64,000 nucleotides of DNA, taken from positions 191,890,001 to 191,954,000 of the forward strand of contig NC_042998.1 in the NCBI RefSeq assembly GCF_006345805.1, read 5' to 3'. The notes under the pieces were generated by a model. It ran no database searches and had not been told where the DNA came from. It saw only the letters and a program-made list of their open reading frames with translations. The stretch's first letter is position 1; every line of letters begins with the position of its first letter. Shown here piece by piece: positions 41,100 through 53,600 of the stretch. This stretch comes from Octopus sinensis (lineage: Eukaryota). A program made the translations under genes and the position numbers.

Positions 41100-41192
41100 G
41101 GCGCAGGAGTGGCTGTGTGACTCAGTCCCACTGCGTGGCACATTAGGCAAGTGTCTTCTGCTATAGCCTCGGGTCGACCAAAATCTTGTGAG
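41100..41192 (+). mobile_element. SINE family B 5' fragment
   Basis: ggcgcaggagtggctgtg..cagtcccactgcgtggca..ggcaagtgtcttc. Confidence 0.75.
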
Positions 41193-41286
41193 AAATATTA
41201 CTATGAGTATACTTTCTTAAGTACCATACGGTAATTGCTTTGGATACATTTACTTGAGTTTACTTTGATAATCATATTAGTAAGTT

Positions 41287-41810
41287 TCCTTATATATATA
41301 TATATAAAACTGTAGTTGTGTGAGTGTCTGTCTCCTACGATTTAGATTGCTAACTCCTCCCACAATTTGCGGTGCAGTTTAACCAAATTCGGGTATCTTA
41401 TAGTCGTGATTAATATCGAGCCCGTCTGGCTATTAGCGCGCGTCTACGATGAGTCTACGATTTTAAAAATAATTTAACATCATTTTTTATTCCATTTTAA
41501 TGCATAATTTTTCGTGTGTCGATGGCGGCGGAGTTGGCGTCCACGCTCAAACACCTGCACTTGTGTTTGCTTCTCCCCCTTCTTCCCTCCCTCGTGAAGC
41601 TGTGGGGAAGGGAGTTTAAGGAAATCAGCGTCGTAATGCGTTGTCAAGGAGACCAGCGTTCTTTTAGAACAACGACTTCATGGCTTGAAGACACCAAAAC
41701 AGAAATGGCTAAGAAAGCCCGAATTGGCATCTATAAAGGAAGTAACTCTCTAAAAATGCTTATATAGTTATTTCCCTTACAAACCGAGCAACGCCGGGCG
41801 ATACTGCTAG
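41287..41810 (+). mobile_element. Non-autonomous Helitron, copy 2
   Basis: TC..TATATATAAAA start; ends ccgagcaacgccgggcgatactgCTAG|T; 5' ~190 bp shared with 63105-63496. Confidence 0.85.
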
Positions 41811-41867
<57 letters not shown>

Positions 41868-42190
41868 AATTTTAGAATATCTTGTCCACCCAGCTTTAAC
41901 TGAAACTACTCGTAAATAGATTTGTAGTATTCACTTGATCATTATTAGCTCACACTTTTACCTACGGATCTCGTAGCCCCATGAATAGTAGATTATATAG
42001 GCTTCTAATATATTGGGCTTCTAGGCTTCGTTTCTAGGCCATGTTTTCTTTCCTATTCCTTCTTCCCTTTGTTTATATTGGATGCACTTGTTCTTTACTC
42101 TGATGAAGCTCCGTGCCTTAATCCGAATATCCTATGAAGACGTTTTCTCCATTCTGATTATTTGTATGTATATATATATATAATTATATA

Positions 42191-42713
42191 TAGATTTGAA
42201 AATACTAAGAATCAAACATACCCGTCCGATATCTGTAACATCGGACAAACCATGCCAGACACCCAGTACTAGCGAATCCAAAAATACGAATGAGATCTAT
42301 TATTCTCCCTGTCCGCCCACGTGAGTCATAGAGCATTCCATTTCTACAGAGGTAAAAACTACAGTTCAAATTCTTGGAGAGAAAGCATTATATTGTTATC
42401 AAAAAAGGACGGGTATGTTTGATTCTTAGTATTTTCAAATCTAAATCAGAAGAAATCTCTGAGCTGATGAAGGAAAAGTGGCGTTTTACCCACAAATCCA
42501 GAAACAGACTGTCCTCGGGTATCGTATATGGATGTGATCTTTCATTGTTTTTCCCTTATACCTATGTGAGTTATTTTTCTGAGTATGCATTGTCTGGAGA
42601 CTTTTATTTGAAGTTGAAGAAATAGCCAAATTTTTGGCTGCTATTTCTGAAAAGTTCGGTGTGTGGTAAAGTGAATTCTTTTACTTTACCATATTTTTAT
42701 AAATTAATACTTA

Positions 42714-42715
<2 letters not shown>
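42191..42715 (+). mobile_element. Penelope-like element 3' remnant (decayed GIY-YIG plus pLTR with hammerhead) between (TA)n tracts
   Basis: IGQT at 42240-42251 followed by R..K/E (YIGQT...R..EH-like); perfect 37-bp inverted duplication 42191-42227 / 42407-42443; hammerhead immediately downstream. Confidence 0.65.
42458..42519 (+). ncRNA. Type-I hammerhead ribozyme, intact catalytic core
   Basis: tctgag CTGATGA a-gga-aaa-gtgg-cgttttac-ccac-aaa-tcc-a GAAA CAG-A-CTG TC ctcggg. 6-bp stem I (2 G-U), bipartite stem II, stem III ACAG/CTGT, GUC site with predicted cleavage after 42513. Confidence 0.8.
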
Positions 42716-42762
<47 letters not shown>

Positions 42763-42819
42763 TATATATAATTAATATACACATATATATATATATATAT
42801 ATAATTATATATACACACA

Positions 42820-43053
42820 TGTGTGTTTGTGTTTGTGTGTCTGTGTTTGTACCTCTACCATCATTTGACAGCGATGTTGGTGTGCTTACGTCCCCATATC
42901 TTCACAGTTCGGCAAAAGAGACCGACAGAATAAGTACTAAGCTTACAAAGAATACGTCCTGGGGTTGATTTGTTCAACTAAAAAAAACCCTTTAAGATTT
43001 TGCTCCAGCGTGGCTGCTGTGAGATAACTGAAACAAGTAAAAGAATAAAAGAA
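42820..43053 (+). mobile_element. SINE family B 3' half (another diverged copy at ~43300-43620)
   Basis: ggcaaaagagaccgacagaataagtact..actgaaacaagtaaaagaat. Confidence 0.8.
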
Positions 43054-43406
43054 TATGCTTTTATTCATAAAGAATCCTTAAATGATATTCTGAAGGGGAG
43101 ATACATACATTCATACATAATGACTGTAGAATTATTGATGAGTTTGACGTTCGTTGACAAATAATACTATCCTACACGCTAAAAATAATGGCTATCAATC
43201 ATACTCATGCAAAAATCTAATGTCAGTAACACTTTCTCTGTTCATTTAATAAACATTGATACTGACTTGACCAAGTGACTGACTTTCTTCACAACTACAT
43301 CGTTCCAGCTTCAGTCCCACTGCGTGGCACCTTAGGAAACTGTTTTCTCGGGTCAACTAAAGCATATTGGGTTGATTTATTAGTCGGAATTTAAAACAGG
43401 CCCCTC

Positions 43407-43475
<69 letters not shown>

Positions 43476-43654
43476 CTGTGTCTTGTCACCTACCACTGCT
43501 TGACAATCGTAGTTGGTGTATTTACGTCCCTATAAGTTAGCAGTTCGGTAAAAGGGGCGATATAAGTACATGTCTTTAGGAAAAATAAGTTCTGGGTTTG
43601 ATTTGTCTGACTAAAAACAAATATAAAATATAAAATAAAACTATGTATATATAT

Positions 43655-43727
<73 letters not shown>

Positions 43728-44241
43728 AGACACTCATGTTTTGAGTTCTATCTCTCCCACTTGTAGTACCAAGCGTGCGCATAAACGTACATATATATCT
43801 GTGTATGTACCCGCGGGCGAGTGTGTTTGTGTATGTGTGTGAGTGAGTGCTATGTGTTTGTGTGTGTGTATGTATCTGCATGTACACGGGTATATATTTG
43901 TGTGTATATATATGTATGTATGTATGTGTGGGAGATAATTTCAGTATACTTCTACAAAAGCAATGCTTGGACACATGGCCAGTGTTACATCCTAAATTTA
44001 TATATCCCCAGCCAAGCAGTCACGCAAAACCTTATCAGGCCTAGGCCTGTGTTGAAGCAACATTCTATTAATCACATCGATTACCTCTTTTTATTCAGAG
44101 CCATGTAAGTTGTTGCTCTTGATGAATCTGCGCAATCTCCGGAAATGCCCCAAGTTCAATTAGCGCTTTATCAGATTACAATCTACAACAACTCGACTGC
44201 CAACCTCCAGTGGCAAACACCCTATTCTCCATTCATTCTTG

Positions 44242-44451
44242 TTGTTGTTGTTGTTGTTAAGCAACAAGACGGGTAAGGGTGATTAGGCGATGGTCTAGGG
44301 CTTAGGGGCGGGTGACCCCAGACCCTTGGAAGAAAAAAAGAATTGGTCGTCTTGTTGTTGTCGAGGGCTCTTCGTTGATGCCCGACACCACTGGGAGGTG
44401 GCCCTCGAAGTCGCTGGAAATGGAGATCTCCAGGTCCAAATTCTTGAACGG
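44242..44451 (-). mobile_element. Short retroposon family D, copy 2
   Basis: Perfect 15-bp TSD ctccattcattcttg at 44227-44241 and 44452-44466; (AAC)n tail on the minus strand. Confidence 0.88.
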
Positions 44452-46696
44452 CTCCATTCATTCTTGAGGCAGTCCGCTAGCAAAACCTAATACTTGAGTC
44501 TCCTCTATCCTCTTATCTTAGGGCACAGTTAGTTCCTGTAGGGCTAGGAGATTTATTACTCTGAAAACCAAGATAATATCTCACTTCAGCAAGAGTGGTG
44601 TGATATGCGCTGGAACATTCACGTCAGTTCTTCCATATTTCTGGTTGAAATATTAAAAATTGTTCTTATACTTTAGAAAATGGGCTCGCCGGATTATTGT
44701 TTGTACCTGATTGAATATCTGAAATAATGGATAATAAACGCTGACCGCAGCTAAATGTATTGAGTGACATTATTAGAACTAAAAACTGTAATGTGTATCG
44801 ATTACAAATTTGAAAGTGAATACATCTAATAATTTGGTTCCATTTCGTCAAATAATCTGCTGACTTCTGCGGAGAGTTTATTTGCATAGTAGATTGATTA
44901 AACCTTGCCATTAGCTTCTGAAATTAGAGACGCAATATTTTCATAATAGTAGAAATTATGAAAACCACAGAAGATGCAAATAACAAGCTTTCAGGAAAAT
45001 TAAATGTGCAATCAGTAATGTAAATTGCAATTTAATGATCTTAAATTATAATTTGCTCAAAGCAACATTCTATCAACAAATGCCGAAACAAGAACTAATC
45101 GACAAGCCTTTATAACAAATATTTTAATGATCTTAACCATACAAAGAACTTATTACATTTCAGTCAAAGACTTCCATTCCTAACAAGTTATCATATATAA
45201 TGTGTTCTAATAAATCGACCTGTTTCCTATAAATTTCATTCTTACTCCTGAATATTTAGTAGGATAGTGAAATTAACTGTCAGCAATATAAATGAGGCAT
45301 CGATATAAGCAGACAGACACTTGCATATATTCTACTAACAGAGTTTTGTGGTGGTTGATAATGCAGTACACTAGTATCTGCTGGTTTGCAGGTTCGAATC
45401 CTTCAAAGATTGTGTATATGATCAACTTAATTCCAGTTAAAACACAACAGTTTATTTAAAGATAACAGCCCTTAAACATACTTTTAAATGCAGTGAAGTA
45501 CTTTATAATGGAAAACTATTTTGATTAGATGGAAATCAGAAGTTGTTACAGGAGGAATTCCACCCAAATTATTAATTTTAAATACATTACACAAAACCGA
45601 ACGTTGGCGTCATCCAAAAGAGTTTAATGCTGACCTTGCTGGATTACAAACTGATGACATATTTAGGTAAAGGATTCCACCGTTTTCATTCCTATTGTTG
45701 TTGGTTTTTAGCCCGAAGTAAACCTTGATCAAGTATAGCTACACCATGTTTTTACTCATTATATTACGTTATACGATACGACCTTTCTTTTTTGAGGGTG
45801 TAATTTGGAAGAGATTCGGTTGCCGTTTTTGACAGACGAATCAACAATGTAGGGGATCCTTTGTGGGAATGTACTTCAGTCTTTCTTTTTAAATCAAATT
45901 TTATTTTTACAGAGCAAGACAGAGCAAGTGTTCTAACGTGCCTGAAACATTGTTGGGTATGCTTTCTACCCTGGACTCTGAACTAAAAATACCGGGTTTG
46001 TTTAAATGACAACGAATATGTTTTATGAAAATATCATGACAGGAGACATTTATGTGGAGCTGCATATTTGTTGATAAAACTTTATGATACAATCGTAGAA
46101 TTTTTGTATATGAACAATAAAATTATATTTTTAATTCATGTGACGAGAATAGTCTTGATTAACACAAACATTCAAGTGTCAAAAATGATTAATCAAATAT
46201 CAAATTTCTTATATTTACAACAAATAAATCATTAATTTTATAAAGATCAAGACTGTGATAAAATTGAAATGCGAATGAGTGGTCAGAAATTAAATATTAA
46301 ACCAATTGTAAATAAACATCAATGTAATATGATTGATTGTTTGCTAACGAGAAAGAGAAAGAATGTATGAAGAAGAGAAGACACAACAGAGAGAGAAGGT
46401 GGAAATATGACGTTAGAAGCTGCTAATTTTATTATAAAGTCTGTCACTTGGTCAAGTCAAAATCGATGTTTATTAAATGAACTGAGAAGTCCAGAGTTAC
46501 ACATTTTTTTTAAAAATTCATTAATCTAATAGTACTAAACAACATATGTAAGCTGTTCTGAGTGAAACAATGTAATTAGGTTACGTATGAATCATAAATA
46601 TCCGGCATTCGATTACGCAATGAAATAACTGAAACCAGTAAAACATAATATAAAAAAGGGTGTTTAAAAGCTTCTGCCTTTAAGGTATGGTGAAAG

Positions 46697-46862
46697 GCCT
46701 GGTTAAGGGCCCAACCTTCCGAGTTTTTTTTACTGGGCTTAGAAAAGCTAAAATACCGCTGCAATAAATGTATGAACCATAGAGAGGAATATGCTGAAGA
46801 AAATCATATTTAACTGATACTTCTGATACCCAAAACCAGGAACTCTTCAGCGTCTGCTCGCA
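46697..46862 (+). mobile_element. Mariner 3' end remnant
   Basis: AWLRAQPSEFFLLGLEKLKYRCNKCMNHREEYAEENHI* (46697-46813) matches the mariner C-terminus WL..Q...F...G...L..R..KC....G.Y.E; TIR-like tail follows. Confidence 0.6.
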
Positions 46863-47082
46863 TATATGTATGTATGTATGTATGTATGTATATATATATA
46901 TAAATATATAATTGTTGTTAAAAAGGACAATAAACGTTAAGGCACGGCAAACATCCCGGTTATAACCTTGGAGCGTCAGTAATCCGTTACAGGACTTACC
47001 TAGCGTACCTAGTCGTTTAGATCACCTGTGAAATAAACCCCCATATTTGGTGAGTATAGATAACGACCACGAACCCACAAGA

Positions 47083-47297
47083 GTAAGCAAGAGAGACAGA
47101 GAGACAGGCAGAAACAAGGAAAGTGTCCCTTGTATTTGAATACTATGCAAATACTCTTTTAAAAAACTTTTCTTTTAATTTTTCCAAAATTTAATTGTGC
47201 CCTATACTTACAGTTGTTAAAGATTCAACGAATGAAACCGGTACTGAAATGTTTTTTATAAAATTATTTTAGCATTTTTTAACTTGAATTTTTTTCC
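47083..47297 (+). mobile_element. (TA)n-adjacent module, copy 2, with eroded hammerhead (47208-47249)
   Basis: Homologous to 12277-12490; retains ttacag..GAAACCGGTActgaaa but the 5' core reads TTGTTAA. Confidence 0.65.
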
Positions 47298-47402
<105 letters not shown>

Positions 47403-47463
47403 ATATATAAAACAAAAAATGGTGGGGTTGTGTTGACTGCACGTGGAGAAATGAGAGGAGAGG

Positions 47464-47694
47464 GAAAATTATAATAAGGCGGAATGCTAAATTGAAAGTA
47501 ATTTTTTATAAAAATGGGTGTATGGAAAATTAAAAAAGAAAAAAATAATAAAGCATACCTGTTTTCATCGCAAAGCAAATTTGGTTTGCGATGAAAACCG
47601 ATTTGATTTATTATTTTTCTTTTTTAATTTTCCATACACCCATTTTTATTAAATTTTACTTTCAATTTAGCATTCTGCCTTATCATAATTTTTC
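47464..47694. repeat. Imperfect ~230-bp palindrome without spacer
   Basis: Arms of ~115 bp centred on caaatttg (47576-47583); lies between two (TA)n tracts. Confidence 0.9.
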
Positions 47695-47698
47695 ATTT

Positions 47699-47732
<34 letters not shown>

Positions 47733-48317
47733 AGCGCCTGTTCGTCTGTTCGTCTGTACATATCTTTTGCTGTTAGTCATACGTATATACATATAGGGAA
47801 GAAATTCGGTAAAATGCTGTGCTCTATATAAATTATCCTGCAATGTTTAAACACCCACTTACCATGTTGCTCAGGCAACTCCTTCTTATTCCCTTAATCA
47901 TAAATGCAGTGTATCTGTGATGGGCTCATCGGAAACCTATATTCATTGACACTGTCGTATGAAAATACATTTTTTATTATGTAAATGATTGAGAAATGAT
48001 ATAACACAAGTTATGAAGAAGTATTTATTATAAATAGCACACGTAAATCTATCTGTAGCATAGTTAAGATTTTTTTTTACGAACGCCAACGTTTCGTCTG
48101 GAGTAAATACATAAGCATCGGTAGCAGAACTCTGTTGTTGGACTGGAGCATTCATTATTTACCGTTACCATGTTATACAAAGGATGACATACTTTCGGGA
48201 AGCCTTTAATAAATAATGGTCTAAAACATTGCTTTCTAATGACTAAGTGAAACAAAATAAGAGTTATGAGGTAGATAGGAACGTTTTTAAATATACATTA
48301 CAACTTCACTTTGTTAC

Positions 48318-48357
<40 letters not shown>

Positions 48358-48789
48358 TTATATATGTATGTGTGCGTGCATGCATATATGTATGTACGTA
48401 TGTAAGTATGTACCCAGCATTTCTTCAGTTTACCCGATAGATTGTGTCCAGGTGTCATCGTACAAATGGAAATCATATAAATTGTGTAAGATACAACTTT
48501 AGCATTATCAATGCAAGCACAGCCAAAATCTAAGTAATTATTTATCATAATTCCAATAAAAGTAGGATCATTGTATTAGTGGATGTGTATATTTGTACTG
48601 ATTTTGTCTAGTTTACCTGTATGTTGAAAAACTTTGGCATTTCGAAATAACAATCAGATAATAATCTGAATTGATCCGGAAATTATTGGAGTATGTTAAT
48701 TGCTTCGTAAGGTTTTTGCAAAAGTTCGGTTAGGTGTATGCTTTCAGAATAGACCATTTTCATCAGCATTGGACCCCACTCTCTCCACC

Positions 48790-48900
48790 AATTCTATTGC
48801 TTTCAAGTGTCCAGTTCTGTCCACAACCCACTCTTCTTTCTACGCATCAATGACTTCCATGTCGCCAAATTCAACAACACCATTCATTCCTTCTTGAAAC
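48790..48900 (+). mobile_element. Possible LINE RT fragment
   Basis: SVHNPLFFLRINDF...TIHSF resembles GSVLSP.LF...INDL...IHSFADD. Confidence 0.35.
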
Positions 48901-49048
48901 CTTTTCTATCAATACATCATCCACGGGGTGCCTAGTAACCACACACTAAATCTACGCTAACTCCTGAAATGGAAAATTTGTGTGCATAATTCAGCGTGGC
49001 TGTGCTAATGTTGTCTCTTATATGAACCAAAAATCTCGAGCAGTATTC

Positions 49049-49276
49049 GTATCTGTTTCTTTATTACCCACAAGGGGCTAAACATAGAGCGGACAAACAA
49101 GGACAGACAAACGGATTAAGTCGATTACATCGACCCTAGTGCGTAACTAGTACATATTTATCGACCCCGAAAGGTAAAGTCGACCTCGGCGGAATTTGAA
49201 CTCAGAACGTAACGGCAGACGAAATACGGCTACGCATTTCGCCAGGCGTGCTAACGTTTCTGCCAGCTCGCCACCT
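49049..49276 (-). mobile_element. SINE family A monomer
   Basis: Same head and body as 10216-10447 with a small deletion; no clear TSD. Confidence 0.88.
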
Positions 49277-50623
49277 TCATCAAGAGACAACACTGCACCA
49301 CAAACTCTAAACAGTAGTAGCATTCAACCAGAGTTCTCACGGTCGCATTAAATGCTAGGCCGCACTACCACTGAGATGTCACTCGATGACAACAAATGCT
49401 AGGCGAAGCTAGGACTGATTTCCAGAGACCCCCTTTTTAAAACCGGAATTTAATCCCGCTTCCAGCAGCTGTTGACATTCTACAAGGCTAAAGTGATGTT
49501 ACATCTGGGAATGCGCATCTCCCACGCACGTTAGCATCATGGATGCATGCAGGGAAAAGTTACTCGGTTGATTTATATTCCAACATTAACAGACATATTT
49601 CAGCATGTGGCTCAGAAAGTGTTGCCCGCGGTCTGTGTTTTTTTCTAACGCTATTATGACGGATTCTACTCCATGGAAATGTTTGATCTCGAAACTCCAT
49701 AAATATAAAAACTCTCTGAACCACTTTTCTCTCCCTCCTTCGTCTTCCATTCATCTTTGCATACGCAATCCTTCTTCCTTAGAACCCCTTTCCTCTATAA
49801 TCTCATCCTTACTTATGTTTTTTGCCCTGAAACATTCAAACGGAATTTTAAGGACATCATTCTCACTAGTGTCGAAGGGGCGGCATAGGTTCTGAACGTC
49901 ACCGATACTCGAGCACAACACACACATGCACACAATATATACATTATTAGACTGTATTTCTGAAAAAATTCACAAAGTATTCCGAACGTAATTTTGCCAG
50001 ACATTTACTGAATCATTTATACGACTGCATTATTAAACCACATAATTTTCTGTAATTCAGAGATTATGTTATTCGATCATACCCAGCAGTGAGTCTAATA
50101 TAATTTACGTTTGGGTCACTGAAGAAGACGGTTGGGGAATTAAAAACATTATGATTGGAAGGCGAGAATCAAGGTGAAGGTATCGAAAACCCATTTTCAG
50201 GGTTTTAAATATGTCCTCTTCCAACAAATATATCTCTCTTAATTTTTTTTTACCCTATTTGCTTTTATATGAAGTCTTTAAATAAACATTTCAGTCGCGT
50301 GCTCCCTTGAAGCACTAATAGCTGGACACTAGAAATAGTAATCAATTTTCTGAAGTTATGTTAGTTACTTTTGCTTCAACAAATGTTGAACTTTGTGCAG
50401 AAAAAAAAACTTATATATTGTTAAAAACAAGCTCGGAGTATGAACTGTTTAGCTTCATTATCATTATGGAAAATGTATTACAGAATTAAAAAGAAAAAGT
50501 AGCTTGTTTTTTATTGCATTGGTCATCACAATCGTCTTTTTAAAGTTGTAAGTGAATTCTAAAACGTGCATCATAAACTCTACAAAATGTTTATTTCTTT
50601 AATAATACTTGATATATATATAT

Positions 50624-50675
<52 letters not shown>

Positions 50676-53600
50676 TATATACATATATTCAACAGAAGCA
50701 CCGACAGTATATAATGCACCATCATTCGCATAGTTATTATTCTGTTTTCTAGAAAATGTAGTATATGTATTTGTCAAAGTGAAACTATATCGAGAGATCC
50801 TGAATAAAACAGAATCTTAATTAATAGAACTGAAAGGAAAACGAATGTGCAGTGATGCGATTTCCCAGAACTGGTTACCTTTTTTTGCATTTGTCTCTCC
50901 CTTCTCCAAACTGACATTCACAATTAAGCTCGCTTATTAATTTGATTAGCGTAATTGCCAAATGCTCACACAAGTTCTATCACGCTTAGTTGGTTTCCAA
51001 TAAGTCCTTTCATCTGAAACGATTGTTTGCCATCAAGGGCTCTATGCTCCTTCCAATATTCAGTGAAAGAAGTTGATCCGAGCAGAAAATTCGAATCTAT
51101 TCTTTGTATTAGGTGCATCATTCACCTTAATGATTTTTTTGACTGTTGAATGGTTGATTATGGAAGTTCTGCTATACATGTAATTAGAACCAGCGTGTGG
51201 ATCAGAATTATTGGAAGATCATAACATATTAATATACAAAATTGTGTCACATGAGACTTTTTATATTATAATTCTCATGATAACAGGTTTCCATCATTAC
51301 TAGTCTATTGAAGGGTTTTTGGTGTTTTTTCTGCAATTAAATTACTCTCAATCAAAATGACAGTGCAGATAGGGAAATATAACATTGCAGGTATATCTGT
51401 GAGTCGTATCATAAGCTGGTAATTTCATTTTGGATTTAGCAGGCACCAAACTGTATCTGTAACATTCATTATTATGAGTTTTGTTTTTATCTTAGACAAT
51501 ATTCATAAGACAATAACGTATCTTTTCAAACCCAGCTGAAATAATAATTTCATCTTTTTATTGAATAATGAAAACAAAACGTATTGCCCGTAACTCTTTA
51601 CAGGGTATCCAATATTGGCAAAGGTTGACCAGAAGAAACAACTTTTAGAAATTACGAAAAAAGGTTAAAGCATAAGGCGGTGCTACGCAACAGACAACGG
51701 ATTAAGTTTATAAACCAAGTAAGACATGTTAGAATTTGGCCTCAAAACGGTAAAAAATACTCCATAACATTCTGTTCCATACCCTAACTGTTCAATCAGT
51801 CAACTGCTCCTGAAATAAAGGAGCCATAATATATATTTTGTCCCGGTTGCTAATCACCAAGCCAACGCTCTGGTATTTCAGTATAGCGTAATGGGTTTTT
51901 TTTCAAAATTACGGGAATTATGAGCCCATATGTCACAGATGTTAATGCGACAATTCAATATTATTTACAACTTTTTACGAGAGTAAAGCGAAGTGAATAG
52001 CGACATAAACCATATTTTGTTTTCGGAACAATATATTCTAAATGATGTTAAATTCAGCCGAAAATAGTTTCCGGTAGATTAATCAGCGATATCGAGCGAT
52101 CGATAAATAGACATCTTGATACTATCAAATACGAAGAGAGAAAATAAAGCACCATTTTGAAAAAGTCATTAGCTAAGTGTCTATTAGATACAACACAAGA
52201 TCGAAGTCAGTATGCGTGCACATACATACACACATATGTATGTATTAATGTATGTATGTGTATGTATGTGTGTGTATGTATGTGTGTATGAATGTGTGTG
52301 TGTGTGTATAAATGTATGAAGTATGTATTGGTTCATGAAGTATGATATATCTGTACTCTAACATCTTGCCATTATTTTATCTTGTTAAAAATATCATTAG
52401 AGGAGGATATCGGATGAAATTTCATGGCATTATTTATCAACGACTCAGCATATGTTCCAACGACATTGCATATTCTTCGTATCAAAATTCCTGTTTTCAT
52501 ATTTGCTAATGGACGAAGAAATATAAACGGAGGTTACGTAGACTAAATCTTAAACGATTGAGCATGCCTCATAAGATGTCTTTCCTTATTGATTCAGAAA
52601 ATAGCTTTGTTGGGTTTTAAATACATCTGTGTTAAAAGAAATTGGTACTAATTCTACTGTCAGAATTAAGTGTTAAACCAGGATTATTGGCAATATTATA
52701 ATCAATATTGCTACTATGTGTTATCTTCAAGGTATTATCAACTTCACAGTTGGAATTTCCTTCACCTTAATTATCAAAAACTATTTCAGGAAAATTATCA
52801 TTAGGGTTTATTTGACAATAGACTTTATCTCATGGTTCTCTCTTTTATGTAATTGCTTTTAATTAGTCCATAGAAATATATGAGCGTAGGCGCCCATGCT
52901 AACAGAATAGCTATTGTTATATTTGTAAAACTTGCGATTCTCTTTACTCACTAATTATTCTTCAATAGTCGGTTCGAGCCGTTGGGCTACTATAATGTAA
53001 GGTTGCCTTCATAAGTGTTTTTGCAACATAAAATATGTTCTTCACTTTTATGACAAATAAATGATTAATTTTATTGATAAGGCAAGTGAAGATGTTGTGT
53101 GGTCAAAGAGTTCCCTTTGTAACCTCGGTGGGTCCATTTTCAGTTTCATCACATGGTAGATTAGACAGATAGTTTCTAATATTGTAGACCAATGCTTTGC
53201 GAGTTATTAGATCCGCCAGTGCTGTCAACAGAATAGATAAGTCTTTCCTGTATATGGTGTGAGTTGTATCATTGTCTGCTCTTTGTAGCTAATTGCAGTT
53301 TATTCTGTATCCAGGAAATCTGGTTTGATCAAAGAATGATACAGAATGTCCAATGATATTGTTCCTTTTTTCTTGTTGATCAGTTGGTAACAGTAGGTGC
53401 TCTACGTTTATGCGTGCGTATTTTTTTTAGTGTGTTTTGTGAATTTTGTAAGTACGTTTCTTATAAGGTGTAGTATTTTAGTTTTGTGAGAATGGTTAAT
53501 ACTTGGTAATATTTTTTTGATTTTCTGTTTAATGCTCTTGAAAATAGAAACATTTACTGTTGTAATTATTATTGCTTTTGATTTTTTCTTCTTGATTCTA

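Noticed and set aside
44330-44451. HDV-like ribozyme in family D
   Set aside because: Could not assign a consistent P1/P1.1 nested pseudoknot in both copies.
45345-45402. tRNA gene (GGTTCGAATCC B box)
   Set aside because: No cloverleaf can be built; probably a decayed SINE head.
46913-47080. Solo LTR (TG start, AATAAA, CA end)
   Set aside because: No TSD, primer-binding site or second copy to support it.
49440-49530. hAT transposase fragment (PAAVDILQG)
   Set aside because: Single short motif, no TIRs or further conserved blocks.
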